Positions 1 to 15,686 of a DNA stretch of 64,000 nucleotides are shown in pieces (position 1 is the first letter of the stretch; each line of letters starts with the position of its first letter). The position numbers were made by a program, and so were the translations under genes. The notes beneath the pieces were generated by a model, which ran no database searches, was not told the origin of the DNA, and saw only the letters and a list, made by a program, of their open reading frames with translations. This stretch comes from Eledone cirrhosa. Lineage: Eukaryota. The DNA is taken from NCBI GenBank assembly GCA_964016885.1, contig OZ024747.1:4960001-5024000 (forward strand), given 5' to 3'.

Positions 1-323
1 AGAAGAAGAAGAAGAAGAAGAAGAAGAAGAAGAAGAAGAAGAAGAAGAGCATCACAGGCTCTTCTCTCAGAATCTTTTGTCGTAACCAAACACAAACAGA
101 GCATGCGCCGATCAACATGTCTCCTGATAGCCTCGTGTTAGTGTAAAGACACGCCCCAGTAACTCTGCCTGCTGCTATGCTAATTAATCTGGAACTGGTA
201 TTAACACCAAACGTACTTCTATTGACATAACCAGCAGAGTTAAAACAAACTGCAAGCTAACCAGTTTCTCAGTGTCCCATACCAGCAAACCTAGACCATG
301 ACATACATAGGGACATAACTGAA

Positions 324-1299
<976 letters not shown>

Positions 1300-1415
1300 C
1301 CAATCAAGAAGAATGGCAGCCATGTATTTATACGTAATGACATGTTTATTTTAACTACACCCTATCCTACCTTGATTTTCTACATTGAAATCATTAGTTT
1401 TTGTAGATGTAGTCG

Positions 1416-1450
<35 letters not shown>

Positions 1451-1871
1451 GCTGTTGTTGTTGTTGCTGTTGTTGTTGTTGTTGTTTAGTCCTGGGTCAA
1501 CTCCTGGGTTAACGATGTTCCAATGATAGCCAAAGATGATCAAGCAGGTGTCTTTATTTAGATGGTAGAGTGTGATTTTGAGGAAGATGTGGTTGCTATT
1601 TCTAGTTGTTCAAGTGGTTAGATAGGGATTACCTCGTTGATTGTGTTGTCGATGTTGCTGTCATTGTTGTTTAGCCACAGATCAGCTCTGATCGATCGGA
1701 AACACACGCAAGAAACGACATTCACACTTAAAGTAATCTAACTCTTTACACCAAGGGCTGACAACTGTGCATAAAGCGTCTACCAAATAAACTACACATA
1801 CAGACATGTTTTATGTGTATATATATATATATATATATGTGTGTGTATATATATATGTGTGTGTGTATATG

Positions 1872-1919
<48 letters not shown>

Positions 1920-1934
1920 GTGTATATATATATT

Positions 1935-2050
1935 AGATAGGGTGTGGTAAAAACCAGCTAAACCATAACCCACCAGAGTACTCGGTACTTGGAGTAGTGG
2001 GTAATATGAAAACATTCAGGACCCTGACGGCTGAGCTGGATCCTGGATCT

Positions 2051-2055
<5 letters not shown>
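1935..2055 (-). mobile_element. Old, diverged family H copy
   Basis: gtgtggtaaaaaccag...ccataacccaccagagtactc...gtgggtaata...gacggctgagct, between (AT)n tracts. Confidence 0.6.
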
Positions 2056-2111
<56 letters not shown>

Positions 2112-2289
2112 TATGGAAAGATCCATGATGAAAGGTAAAGTTAACCTCAGTGGGATTTGAACTTAGACCATAAAGGGCCGTAACTCTTTGCTGCAAAGCA
2201 TGGCGTCAGACCTTCTACCGATACTGCCAATCCACCATATAATGAGTAGGAAAAAGGTGTCAAAATATAACCATTATATTTATACACGT

Positions 2290-2514
2290 GAGGGCGGTGG
2301 GTTGGCAGTATCGCTAGAGCGTCAGACACCATGCTTTTCAGCATAGAGTTACGCCCCTTACGGTCTAAGTTCAAATCCCGCTGAGGTTAACTTTACCTTT
2401 CATCCTTACGGGGTTGATGATAAAATAAAGCACCAGAAACGTACTGGGGTCGATTTTATCGACCTTCCCCTCCCCCCAAATTACTGGCCTTGTGCCTATA
2501 CTAGAAATCATTAT
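2290..2514 (+). mobile_element. tRNA-derived SINE family A, full length (head-to-head partial copy at 2122-2240)
   Basis: A box tggcagtatcg, B box gttcaaatcc, body tttcatccttacggggt...aaataaag.accag, tail ggccttgtgcctatactagaaatcattat. Confidence 0.85.
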
Positions 2515-2611
2515 ATTTATACACGTGTAACGCGCGTTTCGTGATTGATCAGCTCAAGGTGCGTTGAATATCGATCGCGCTTGATTCATATATATGTATG
2601 TAAGCATGGAC

Positions 2612-2656
<45 letters not shown>

Positions 2657-4107
2657 AGATTGTATGTATATGTGTGTGTGTCTACATAAGTTTGATGGTG
2701 AGTCTAATTATTATTAGTTGTGACATCGTATAACGTTAATTTCACATCCTAATGTTAATTTTCGGTGTCTGAAATATCAACAAAAAATAATAAGAATAAA
2801 AAATAAATATTTTGTTTAAATAAAAAGAAAGTAAAAAAAAACCAATCAATGCATTAAAATAATTAGAAAAATAAAATAAAATAAAATAAAACTGAAATAA
2901 CAGAAAATAAAAGAAAGAGAAAGAATAAGCAAGGTAACAATGACATTTTCAAGAAATAAATTTTCCTCGAATTTCTTTAAAACTGTTTCTCTCTCCCCCC
3001 ACCTCATTCTCGAATTGAATTTTACCAAGTAAAGTAATATCTTAAAATAAATCAGATTTGTTTGATTGTTTGGTGTTGTTTTAGAGTGGAGAGGGTAGTT
3101 CTGGTTGTGATATGGTGAGAGGGGTGTAGGTTGGAAGAGGAGATATTTCGTGAAGAAAGAAATTGCATTTTAGTTTAAATTAAGAAAGTCGATCCCCAGA
3201 ATAAATTCCGCTAAAATTATTCTGTCAGAAAGATTTCGAAAGTATCGCGTTGAAAACGCATCAACAGGAAACAATTTCTACTCTCAGAGAGGGGGGGGGG
3301 GGGGGGACAACGGCAACACCATCAATAAGAACTGCAAGAAAAACAGTAACATAGGCTACAGCAGGGCAGCTCTCAGAATAATGAAGGATATGTCTTCGTC
3401 ATCAGTACCAGGAACCGACGACCAGCGTTGAGACCACGTCTACCTAAGACTAACAGTAACTTATATCACCACCCGATTGTCTTACAGCCATGAGGATGTC
3501 ATCAAAAATGAACAGGGGTTATAAGGGGTTATAAATTGTATGTATGTTTATGTATATATAAATATATGTGTATATGTACGTATACGTGTATTTACATATA
3601 TATATACAGCTCCTGTTTTGTTGGGGTTTTATGTGCTGCTGAAGTCCTACTCCCCTCCTTACAAGTCCAGGGTCTGGTGAGGGACTCAGTTCAGTCGTCG
3701 CTCACTCAAAAGTCAATCAGGTTGTACTATGTTACCTGGTATCAGTAGCAGACAGACGCCCTACCTGACCAGGTATTCGTATTACAACCCAGCAAAACAC
3801 TGGTAGCATATGTGAAATGTGAAATGAAGTGCTTTCGAAACAAGGATGCACATACGTTGTATTCGTCAGGCTCCATGCTCAGTTCTATCACTGTGGTCTA
3901 CGACTGATGTTCTGTTTTCGTTAGCTTCAAGTACTGATTACAAACTAGTTCATCAAATTAGAAAATCTTGCACTAGACTTATCCTTGTCACCTATATATA
4001 ATCTGGTGTAGGGTTTCACACATACACATACACACAGACACAAACACACGCAAACACACACACACATATATATACATACATATATACATACATATATACA
4101 TACATAT

Positions 4108-4198
<91 letters not shown>

Positions 4199-4560
4199 AT
4201 CTGGGATAAGGATTGACAAAACATCGTTGTAGAGAAAGAATGTTCAGTAGTGACTCTACCAAACACTGAACGGGTTATGGTAAAGGTGAGAGGTGGGGAG
4301 AGAAGCATTAAGATCTGTGTAGTTATCTGGGGTAAATAATACTGATAACTCGTTACTGTGTCAACATACCGTGTCAACACACCCCTATCACACTGAGATA
4401 TATATGTCGATAGCAGCGCTATAGTTAGGGACTGTTGATGGTGATCACTGCGATAAGGGAGGAGGAGGAGGAGGAGGAGGAGGAGGAGGAGGAGAAGAAG
4501 AAGAAGAAGAAGAAGAAGAAGAAGAAGAAGAAGAAGAAGAAGAAGAAGAAGAAGAAGAAG

Positions 4561-4595
<35 letters not shown>

Positions 4596-4651
4596 CTTTC
4601 CTTCATCTTTATTACCAAATAAACTTATACGTCAGCATATATTCTCAATTG

Positions 4652-4691
<40 letters not shown>

Positions 4692-4868
4692 TTGTGTACG
4701 GTGCGACTGTTATCGTAATCATCGCTGTTGTTGTTGTTGTTGTTGCTGTTGTTTTTTCTGCTCTTGCTGTTATTTGACGCAAGACGACATTTCGCAATGA
4801 AAATAATAGAAAGAAATCAAAATGAATATATAGACATATTGAAACTTCGTGCATACATACATGAATGA

Positions 4869-4916
<48 letters not shown>

Positions 4917-5168
4917 ATATATATATATATATGTATATTATATTATATATATATTATATATATATATGTATATTATATATATATATATGTATGTAATTAT
5001 CTACATATAGCAGCAATAAAACCAAACCAAAACTCAACTGTACACCGGGCTGATAATTTATCCATGTCTGCCTAAACAAAGAAAGCCATTTACATATAAT
5101 GGCAAACACACTCAAGCACATAAGCCTCATCATATACATATATATGCACACACACACACGCGCGCACG

Positions 5169-5214
<46 letters not shown>

Positions 5215-5702
5215 CACACACACACCCGACTACACAACCACACATACGTAGAGTCATGGACGTATGTGAACCTCAACACATCCCCTACCTTAAGATGTCG
5301 TCTAGTTTATATAGCAAATGTCTGCTGTTGTGGAATAAATACAACTAAAAGCTGCTTGATATTGTTAATGTCATGTTAACATTTACAAACTTTCCTATGC
5401 ATGACAAGTTAACATAATACAAATACATATTCTGCAAATATATACAAGTTAGAAAAATAAAATAAATCTACTAACCCTTAATTTAATTTGAAATTTATGT
5501 AACATGGTCATTAGTAAGTTTTATAAATCACTTCATATATATAGATAGATATATATACATATGTGTGTGTGCGCGCGCGCGAGTGTGTGTATGTATATAT
5601 ATATATAGAGAGAGAGAGAGAGCGAGAGAGCGAGCGCGAGAGAGAGAATAAGAAAATACGAAGTAGTTTCAGATGTTAAAGTCCTTTATTGATAAGGCTG
5701 TG

Positions 5703-5758
<56 letters not shown>

Positions 5759-6220
5759 ATATACTTGCAGTGATACCCGGTGTTACCTAGTTGTCGACTA
5801 TATAGAAACAACCTTATTATATCAGGGGAGTGGCACTCTAAGAGCCACTCTCCCACACCTGGTGATTTTTCCTTGCATTGCTTTTGAGAGGAAGCAGATA
5901 TTTCTGAGATTTGGTGACGTTTCCTGAAATTTACTTTGATAAATGCTCACGTAACTAATTTTGAAAACATTCTCCCCAGTTGTTGTTACCCAAAAGAAGC
6001 CGAGAGGGTATTCTGGGGGACTGCAATGGGAGAGCTGAGTGACATTTTGAAAGAAACATTCTAAATGTGCACAGAACAGTGGAAGGAACCTAGTTTCAAG
6101 AGTATTAGAATTGTAACACGTTAAGTACGAAGGAGTTTTCCCAGCCTAACGTCAGATACCTTTTCGACTGACCTCGTACATATATTTACATTATGCATAT
6201 ATATATATATATATAGATAA

Positions 6221-6381
6221 TAGGGACAAGTAAGACGCCGACGGCTGAGCTCAAGCCGTTTCGACGGCTGAGCTCAAGCCGTCGGGGTCTTACTTGTTCC
6301 TATTACCCACGCTACTACCCTAAGTATTGAGTACTTTGGTGCGTTATGGTCCACCTGGTTCCTTACCACATTTCCTTCGTT
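6221..6381 (+). mobile_element. Family H copy with collapsed centre
   Basis: Same arms and tail; the central hairpin is deleted or rearranged. Confidence 0.85.
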
Positions 6382-6557
6382 ATATATAGAGATAGATAGA
6401 TAGATAGATAGATGTGTGCGTGTCTGTGTGTGTCTGTGTGGTTGTCTGTATGCGTGCATATGTGTGTATGCGTGTGCATACATAAATATATGTATATAGG
6501 TATACATATATATATATGCATATATGTATATATATATTTGTGTGTAACGTGTGCATT

Positions 6558-6631
<74 letters not shown>

Positions 6632-6656
6632 TATATATATATATATTCATACATAC

Positions 6657-6743
<87 letters not shown>

Positions 6744-7179
6744 TATACACGTGTATATACATACTATATGCATATCACCCATAGAGTGCTTATTATTTAT
6801 TATTCGTAACCAGTTTCTATGGCTGTTAGTTAAAATGAAATAACTGGCAGGCGTACGACGTAAACGTCTTAATAGTAAACAGTAGTAATAACTGCTGTGT
6901 ATGATATTACATATGTTTTTCTCTTTCTTTTCCCATACGCCAGACTTTCCACTTGGTTTAGTAAATGTTGGTTAGCGAAAAAGCCACTTTAACAGCGCTA
7001 CCGTTCATTGTTAATGATTCTCATCTTCGAACCTCCAGCTGTAATCTAAACATCTATTTCCTTACTTAGCCAATCTTCTCTATCTATGTTGCCGCCATTG
7101 CCATCGCAGCCATTTTTTTTTTTTTGTTTGTTTACATCTGTATCTATCAATGTATTTATCTCACACACTTTCACTTTCG

Positions 7180-7393
<214 letters not shown>

Positions 7394-7671
7394 TTACTAT
7401 CTTTCATACTTATGTTAGATTTATATATATATAGAGAGAGAGATATATATATATATATAGGAACGATCGACTTTCGCCAAATCGGACCAAGGAAACAATG
7501 TTTCCATTGGTCTTTCCAATTGCTAAAACTATCTATCGGTCGCAACTCCAGGTAGAAGGAGCAACGTGAAATAAAGTGTCTTGCTCAAGGACATAACGCA
7601 TATATATATATGTATATATATGTATGCATGTATATATATATATATGTATATATATATGTATATATATACGC

Positions 7672-7763
<92 letters not shown>

Positions 7764-7813
7764 GTATATATATGTATGTATGTTATGTATGTATGTGTAT
7801 GTATGTATGTATG

Positions 7814-7849
<36 letters not shown>

Positions 7850-7871
7850 TGTATGTATGTATGTATGTATA

Positions 7872-7907
<36 letters not shown>

Positions 7908-7969
7908 TGTATGTATGTATGTATGTATGTATATTTATATGTATGTATGTATGTATATATATATATATG

Positions 7970-8005
<36 letters not shown>

Positions 8006-8198
8006 CATGAATGTATGTATGTATGTATATGTTTCGTTATCTATCTATCTATTTCTATCTCCCACTCACCCTCTCCCCATATATATATATGCGTGTGTGT
8101 GTGTGTGTGTATACATATGCATTTTATATATCGTACTTTTTCGCCTCCCCTCTCTCCCTCTCTCTCACCCCTCTCTCTCTCTCTCTTTATCTATATCT

Positions 8199-8256
<58 letters not shown>

Positions 8257-8385
8257 ACTCACTATATTTCTATCTACTATATCTATGTTTGTCTTATTTC
8301 TTTCCTATTTCTGTCTGTCAACAATTTAATGTGTTATGTGTACCATTATCCATATCCTGCTATGTGTGTGTGTTTGTGTGTATAT

Positions 8386-8447
<62 letters not shown>

Positions 8448-8927
8448 CTCTGTGTGTGATGTGTTATATGTACCATTATTCATATCCTGCTATATATATG
8501 TGTGTATGGATGTGTTTGTGTGTATATGTATGTGTATATTTATATATATATGTATGTGTCTATGTGAGATGTGTTATATGTATGGTATCGATGTCCGGGG
8601 GTTGGTGGTAGTGCTGGATGTTGTTCATTATCGTCTGCTAATATATACATGATATCAACACGATCAAGAAACCGTATCTTCATTTAAAATAGTGAAAGCG
8701 ACGTCCAATAGGTGTTAGCATTAATTAATTGGCAAACAGTACACTTCAACGCACATCATTTACTTTGCTATCGACTAAATAAAGCTTAATATATTTCTCT
8801 CTCTCTATCTCTCTCTCTCTCCGTCTTTATATATATATACGGAGAGAGATAGAAAGATGGGGAGAAAAAAAATATATATATATATACAAAGATACATACA
8901 CGCACGCACACATACACATACAGACAT

Positions 8928-9017
<90 letters not shown>

Positions 9018-9184
9018 CAATTTCTGGCAATTTCTGAAAAGCTAAAGAAATGAGCAGATAGTTTTGGCTTTTCAAGAGTAGCAACAGTCATTTATTAGAA
9101 AACGAAAGACTGATTGATTTAGACTTAAATAAATCTTGCAAAAATTAGCAATTGGTAATAAAAACATATTGCAATGAATCTTCT

Positions 9185-9432
9185 ACCTGTGACAGCTCAC
9201 ACCTATGCAGGTCTAGCTGGCCTCCCCCAAGGTATATTTCGTTGAAGGTGTCTTGGGTGATTTAATCATAAGGATCCCAGTCCTATCATCTCATTTCTAC
9301 AGCTGAGTAAACTGGAGCAACGTGAAATAAAGTGTCTTGCTCAAGGAAACAACACATCACCCGGTCCGAGAATTTAACTCACAAACTTTCGAATGAAACC
9401 CAATGCTCTAACCACTAAGCCATGCGCCTTCA
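9185..9432 (-). mobile_element. tRNA-derived CORE-like SINE
   Basis: Minus strand tgaaggcgcatggcttagtggttagagc...ccttgagcaagacactttatttcacgttgctccagtttactcagctgtagaaatgag. Confidence 0.8.
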
Positions 9433-9453
9433 TTTTTATTATTATTATTATTA

Positions 9454-10816
9454 CAGTTGCATTTATCTTGCTTTATGTTCATACGAGTTTTCACCAAGTC
9501 ACAACCAGTGTATGTCAACATACATACACACACATGCATCTTTAGGTGTTTAGATTTGTGACGTTCTTATATTGGCAGAATCTTCCTTAGTATATGGGCT
9601 GTTCCCATTAGTACTATCTTTTGTATTTCTTCTATACGCGGGTTTCCTGGGATTTGCGATAAGGTATCATTCCTAGAGCACCTACAACGACTGGTATTGT
9701 TTTAGTTCTCAATTTCCACATATTTCCAATTTTCTATCTCAAGGTCCTTTTACTTGCTCAATTTTTCAAATGTTTTTATAGATACATTCTTGTCTATTGG
9801 AACAGACATATCAATTAGCATCATACTCTCTTTTTAAAGTCCTTCAGTATTATATCAGGTCTATTTGCATCTATTGTTCGGTCTGTTTGGATGCTAAAGT
9901 TCCACAAGATTGAGATGTCATCTTTTTCAAGTACGGGATGTGGTTGATGCTCCCACCAATTCTTTTGATGGGGCAGGTCAAAAGGCTTACCCATTATCCA
10001 ATGTATGTATTGTGCAGCTCTGTCGTGCCTGTTTAGGTATTCGGTTAGAGCTATAGGACAGCACATTAAAATTATATGATCAATGGTCTCTGGTTGTTTT
10101 TTACATACACGGCATAATGGATTGCATCCATTTTTTTATTATGTTGGCTTGGTAATTTTTTGTTGGCAGACACTGATCTTGTGCTGATATAACCAGTCCT
10201 TCAGTCTCCGATTTCAGTCCAGAGGATGCCAACCACTGATGGGTTAAAGTTTTGTCAACATCAGGATTGTTAGCTCTTTCTGGGTATTTTCCATACAGAG
10301 GCTTTTCTTGCCATTTCTTAGCCAGTTTCTGTAGCAGTTCTTTCTTTGCAGTTACTTTTACCTGCTTTGCTTTTTCTGTGTTTTTCATTTCAGCAGTAAA
10401 TGGAACTTCTGAAATTTGTAGTTCATTAGTGCATCTTTTGTAATGGAGTATGATCTTTTGATGCTTTCGTGTTTCAAAACGAGTTTGATCATCCAATCAT
10501 GTGATTCCCTTAGATATGTAGATAATCCAATCGTTGCAGTTTTCAACGCAATATCTAACTGGATTAACCCACGTCCTCCTTCTTTCCTAGAGAGACATAT
10601 TCTATCTGTATCTGCCTTAGGGTGATGCATTCTGTGCATGGTTAAGACTTTTCAAATTTTTGTATCGAGCCTACGGACCTCTGTGCTTGACCAGTTGATG
10701 ACATTGTAACTGTAGGTTACTACTGGTATGGCAAGCGTGTTTATGGCATCGATACTGTTCCGTGCATTCAATTCCGTTCTTAATATTGCTCTTACTCTGC
10801 GGTAACATCCCTTCCT
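9454..10816 (-). mobile_element. 5'-truncated R4/Dong-type non-LTR retrotransposon (RLE endonuclease), degenerate
   Basis: HHPKADTDRICLSRKEGGRGLI, WLASSGLKSETEGLVISAQDQ, CCHC remnant, YLNRHD, NRPDIILKD and VVGALG occur across frameshifts. It is flanked on both sides by (TAA)n, the known Dong/R4 target type. Confidence 0.88.
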
Positions 10817-10840
10817 TTATTATTATTGTTATTATTATTA

Positions 10841-11340
10841 TGAGGATTGCCCCGCCCTCTTCCTTTAGCCGGGAAGGGCAGGCAGTTTTTATCTGTCTGG
10901 TGGCCATGGCGAAAGAGATAGTATGGTGGACACGTTTGAAAGGGCTGAAGACGAGCACTTACCTCTTCGGTGATGCCCTGATTAACTTTTTCAAATTTCA
11001 TTTGAAAAGGAAAATCAGGGTAGAGAGAGAAGTGCTCTCTTCCCAGCATTTTGTTGAGAGATGCAAGAATGGCCCGAGTGAATGGGCCTACTCTGAGTAT
11101 GTGTCTGTAAATTAAAGGTGGAAAACTGGGAGAGGGCACTTGCCCTGGTGGTCAGGGTCACTGTGGCTTTTTAATGGGCTTTCTCCACGAATGTCCCTCG
11201 GAAGTCTCCCCCGTATTGGGGAATTTTTCATTGTTATTTTTTGTTTTTTACACGCAGAAATGCCCATTTGTACCGTCCTGTATTGTCCTGTACTGTCCTT
11301 AATGTCTATTTTATGTAAACCCTTGTGGTTAATAAAGAAA

Positions 11341-11342
<2 letters not shown>
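10841..11342 (+). mobile_element. 3' end of a non-LTR retrotransposon (Tx1/L1-like ORF2 C-terminus + 3' UTR)
   Basis: LVAMAKEIVWWTRLKG...FFKFHLKRKIRVER is followed by a UTR ending ccttgtggttAATAAAgaaat + (TTA)n. Confidence 0.6.
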
Positions 11343-11402
<60 letters not shown>

Positions 11403-11848
11403 TTGTAAGCTTTGTACGAAGTAGGTCTCGAGTGAACTCAGAAGAGAAAGGGTCGAAATTCTGGCAATCCAATACGATGGACTGAAACTTTGTATATTGA
11501 CATGGAAGAGACGAGAGACAAAGTTAATCTCGACTATGTTTGAACACAGTGGACAGATAACTGGAACAAATGCCACGGGATGCTATTATCTAAGATTCTG
11601 TCATGTCTGACACCTGCTATTTCTATCCAATCTTACAAATTTTACTTTTGACAGCTGAGGTGAATTTTCCCAAGCGTTTTGTAAGATACTGCAGGTATCT
11701 TCGTTACACCAATCCATAAATAGGTACCGTAAGATACCTTAATACCACTAGCTCAATGATGCTACTGAATAGTGTTAATCCAGCTGTTATAGGGTAGCAG
11801 AAACACTATATATATATAGAGAGAGTATATATATATATATATATCAGT

Positions 11849-11889
11849 CCGAGCTGAAGATCCGCATAAGGTGAAACAATTGTTCTCGG
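11849..11889 (+). ncRNA. Minimal type-I hammerhead ribozyme motif in a 78-bp element (11845-11922) between (AT)n tracts
   Basis: ccgag-CTGAAGA-tcc gcataa ggt-GAAA-caattg-TT-ctcgg. Stem I is 5 bp, stem III is palindromic (acaattgt), and stem II is weak. Confidence 0.72.
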
Positions 11890-11922
11890 TATGGTGAACT
11901 AACTGTTGTGTGTGTTACTACT

Positions 11923-11972
<50 letters not shown>

Positions 11973-12944
11973 CAGGAAAGTAGAAGCGGGGGCAGAGAGG
12001 GGTATTGGAAGAGAGTTCGTAGATATAGAGAGGGGGAGAAATGAGAGTAAATGTGAAAAGATATATATGTATGTATGTGTGTAAATGTGTCAATGCACAC
12101 TCACATTTGTGTGTGTGTTTCTGTGTGTTTAGCATGTGTGTGTGTGTCTATGTGTGCATATGTTAGAATGCCTTAGTAAGAATGTGTTTTATATACTTTG
12201 TGTATGTACGCATTGTGTGTGTGTATGTGCATGTGTATATGAATATGTGAATGTGTGTATGTGTGATGTGTGTATGTGCATGTGTATATGAATATATGTA
12301 TGTGTTTGTGTGATGTATGTTTGTGTTTGTGTATGTGTGTGTGTTTGTGTGTATGTGTCATGTATGTTCGTGTTTGTGTTTGTGTGTGTGTATGTGTCAT
12401 ATATGTTTGTGTATGTGTGTATGTATGTGTATATGTATGTTTGTTTGTGTGTGTGTATGTATCCTGTATGTTTGTGTATGTGTTTGCGTGTGTGCTTGTG
12501 TATGTGTGATCTGTGTATGTGTATGTGTTTGTGTGTATGTGTTTGTGTGTGTGTTTGTGTATGTGTGATGTGTGTATGTGTATGTGTGTATGTGTTTGTG
12601 TGTATGTGTGTAAAGACATAAAACATTCTTGATTGATTAAATGAAGAATCTGTCGTTATGTTTTTTACCTTAATGAATCAAGACTTCAAACAACAGAACA
12701 CAACATTCCCTCACACACTCACACACACATTCACACAGTCACACTAACACAGAAACAGACATACACAGTCATATATATATACAGTAATACACATACACAC
12801 ACATACACACACACACACACTTTTTATCCACTCCCCTCCCTCAGAATCTGTCCATAGATTACAATTTCTTTTCCTCTGTTCTCACCCTTCCTCCATTATC
12901 ACACTGTCACCTCTTCATCTCTTTTTCCTGTTTCTAATCACTAA

Positions 12945-14010
12945 AATGGTTTCTAATTCAGGCACGACGCCAAAGTATTGGTGGAGGGGAGACTGGATTC
13001 TATGGACCCCAGTACTTCACTGATATTTTATTTTATTGATTCCGGAAAGAGGAAAAAATGTTGGTTTTAGTAGGATTTAAACTCAGAACGTGAAAGGTTG
13101 GAAAAAATGCTGCAAAATATTTTGTTCAACATTTTAATAGTTGTACCATTCTCCCGCTCTTTTAATTTTAAATGTTTCTACTTTTGGCACAAGGCCAGCA
13201 ATTATCCCAGTGCATTAATGGTACTTTATTTTATCGACCCCGTAAGGATGAAAGGCAAAGTTAATCTCGGCGTTATAATGGAGGTGTACATGAAAACATA
13301 TACGATAGGTTTATGTATAATGGTTTCAGATTTGGGTGCAAGGCCATCGATTGAGGGAGGAGGGGCGAATAAATAGACCTCAGGGAATTACTCGTACTTT
13401 ATTTTGTTGATTCCCTAAGGATGAAATGCAAAGCTAATCTCTGCGGAATCTGGAGAGTTACGTCCCTTTACGAGGTCAAATCCCACCGAGGTTAACTTTG
13501 CTATTCATTCTTTCGGGATCGATAAAATAAATCCTGCTGGGGTCAACCTTGTATGTCTTCCTTTCTAGTTCCAAAAAATAGGGTACCAGTCATATATTGG
13601 GGATAGTATAACCGACTATACCAACCGCTAACCTTTCTGGCCTTGCCTCATCTATGTAAGAAAGCATTGTACTTATAGAGCTGTGACTCCTGGGGGGAGT
13701 CGTAGTGACTCAGTATTGTCATTCGTCGTTTCAAGGACTTTTTTCTTACCAAGTAGAGCCCTTCTTCTCACCAGGTCTAAATATAACAGATTTCTTCCAG
13801 AGAAGGATAGAGAGTGAGTGAATTGAAGTGAGATAGAGATATAGAGGAGGTATCTACCCCCAATACAAGACTGGTACATTTCTATCGACCTTGAATGGAT
13901 GAAATTAAAGTTGACCTCGGCGGGTTTTGAACTCAGGGAGAAGAGATCCTGAACGAATACTGCAAAGCTTACTATCCGTCCTTCTAACGTCTCTGTTTAT
14001 TTGTCGTCTT
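12945..14010. mobile_element. Cluster of about 5 degenerate SINE family A copies in both orientations
   Basis: Repeated ggcacaaggccagc / atcgaccccgtaaggatgaaaggcaaagttaa motifs. Confidence 0.75.
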
Positions 14011-15686
14011 AGAAAGCATTAAAATAATTAAAAATTAGAGGAGGCGAAAATGTGAAAACATTAGACCAAATGGCTTTTATATTTAGTTACATTTTTTTTA
14101 AAACTTCTGGGATTGATTTCTTAGCATATCAAAGTTGATCATCTTCTTTTTATAATGCCTAATTTCAATAACAGTCAAATACTAAGGCAGATTATATCGA
14201 TACTAGCCACATCATTAAATATCTGCTGCGGTTTTCTGTCGGTTTTAAATTATTCAGAATTCTACATTTGTATTTTAATGTTACAATTTTTTTATATTTT
14301 ATTTATATCCTATATATGTATCAGAGTAATTTTTCAATTATTTTTTTTTCTTGTTATATATATATATATATATTTATTTATTCATTTATATATATATATA
14401 TATATATACATGCATAAATTTACCTATATGCGTGGGTGTATGTGTGAATGAATGTGTGTTTGTGTCCCTCTGTCTACTTAGCCATTCCCAGTTCATCTAT
14501 CCTTCTAGATATCTATTTATCTCTTTAACTACATATAGTAGCATAAACAAAACTATACTTAAAAAAAATATATAGTTAAACGAAAGGGAAAAAACAGCAA
14601 CGTTAGATTCATCACAATAACGACGCTTATTATACATCAAACACATATAGAGTTCTCGCCCAGTAAACAGCCATCAATTCATATACGTGCAGATGTAAAT
14701 ATATACACAACAGGCATGAAAAAACATGGCTGCTGTTATGTGTAGTTTTTGATCACGCCATGATGGAAATTGTGCTACAAGATAGAAATTAGCGGGAAAG
14801 CGATCGTTTCAATCATTGGCAAGAACAAAAAATTGCAAATTTCATTCCTTTTCCCTTCGGGCATCCATCTTTATTAACAAACAGATCAATGATTGAGTGT
14901 ATGTATGTATGTATGTATGTATGTATGTATGTATGTATGTATGTATGTATGTATGTATGTATGTATGTATGTATGTATATTCGTATGTAAGTATGTATGT
15001 ATGTAAGAATGTATGTATGTATGTATATTCGTATATAAGTATGTATGTATGTAAGAATGTATATATGTATGCTTGCATGTATGTTTATGTATGTACACAT
15101 GTATGAATGTATGTATATACGTATGTATGTATGCTTTCATGTATATTTATGTATGTACACATGTATGCTTGTATGTATTAAAATACGAATGTATATAGAT
15201 ATATATGTATATATATGCATGTGTATGTATGTATATATTTATGTACGTATATAGGCGAATGTATATATATATATATTGTGCCTATGTATGTACATAAATA
15301 TGTGAATGGATACGTATGTGGGTGTGTGGGTGATGATAAACCAACGTATATGCAGGTACACATGCATATGTAGACGTATACATGCATATGTAGACGTATA
15401 CATGTATGTGTAGACGTATACATGCATGTGTAGACGTAGGCGTACATGTGTACACGTAGGCGTGCATGAATATATAAAATACGGTCGAATTCGTAGTCTA
15501 CTGTTAAAGGAATTTTCCATGCCTCCATGAGATCACCAGTCAAATCCCACTGCATAACATCCTAGGTTATTGTCTATGGTCATCTATTGTTATGTACTCC
15601 TACGGTGTATTTATTTGCTACATGTTATGTCTGATGATATAAAGCATGAGTTGTAAGCCTTAGAATTAGATCTAAAGGCGGTGAAA

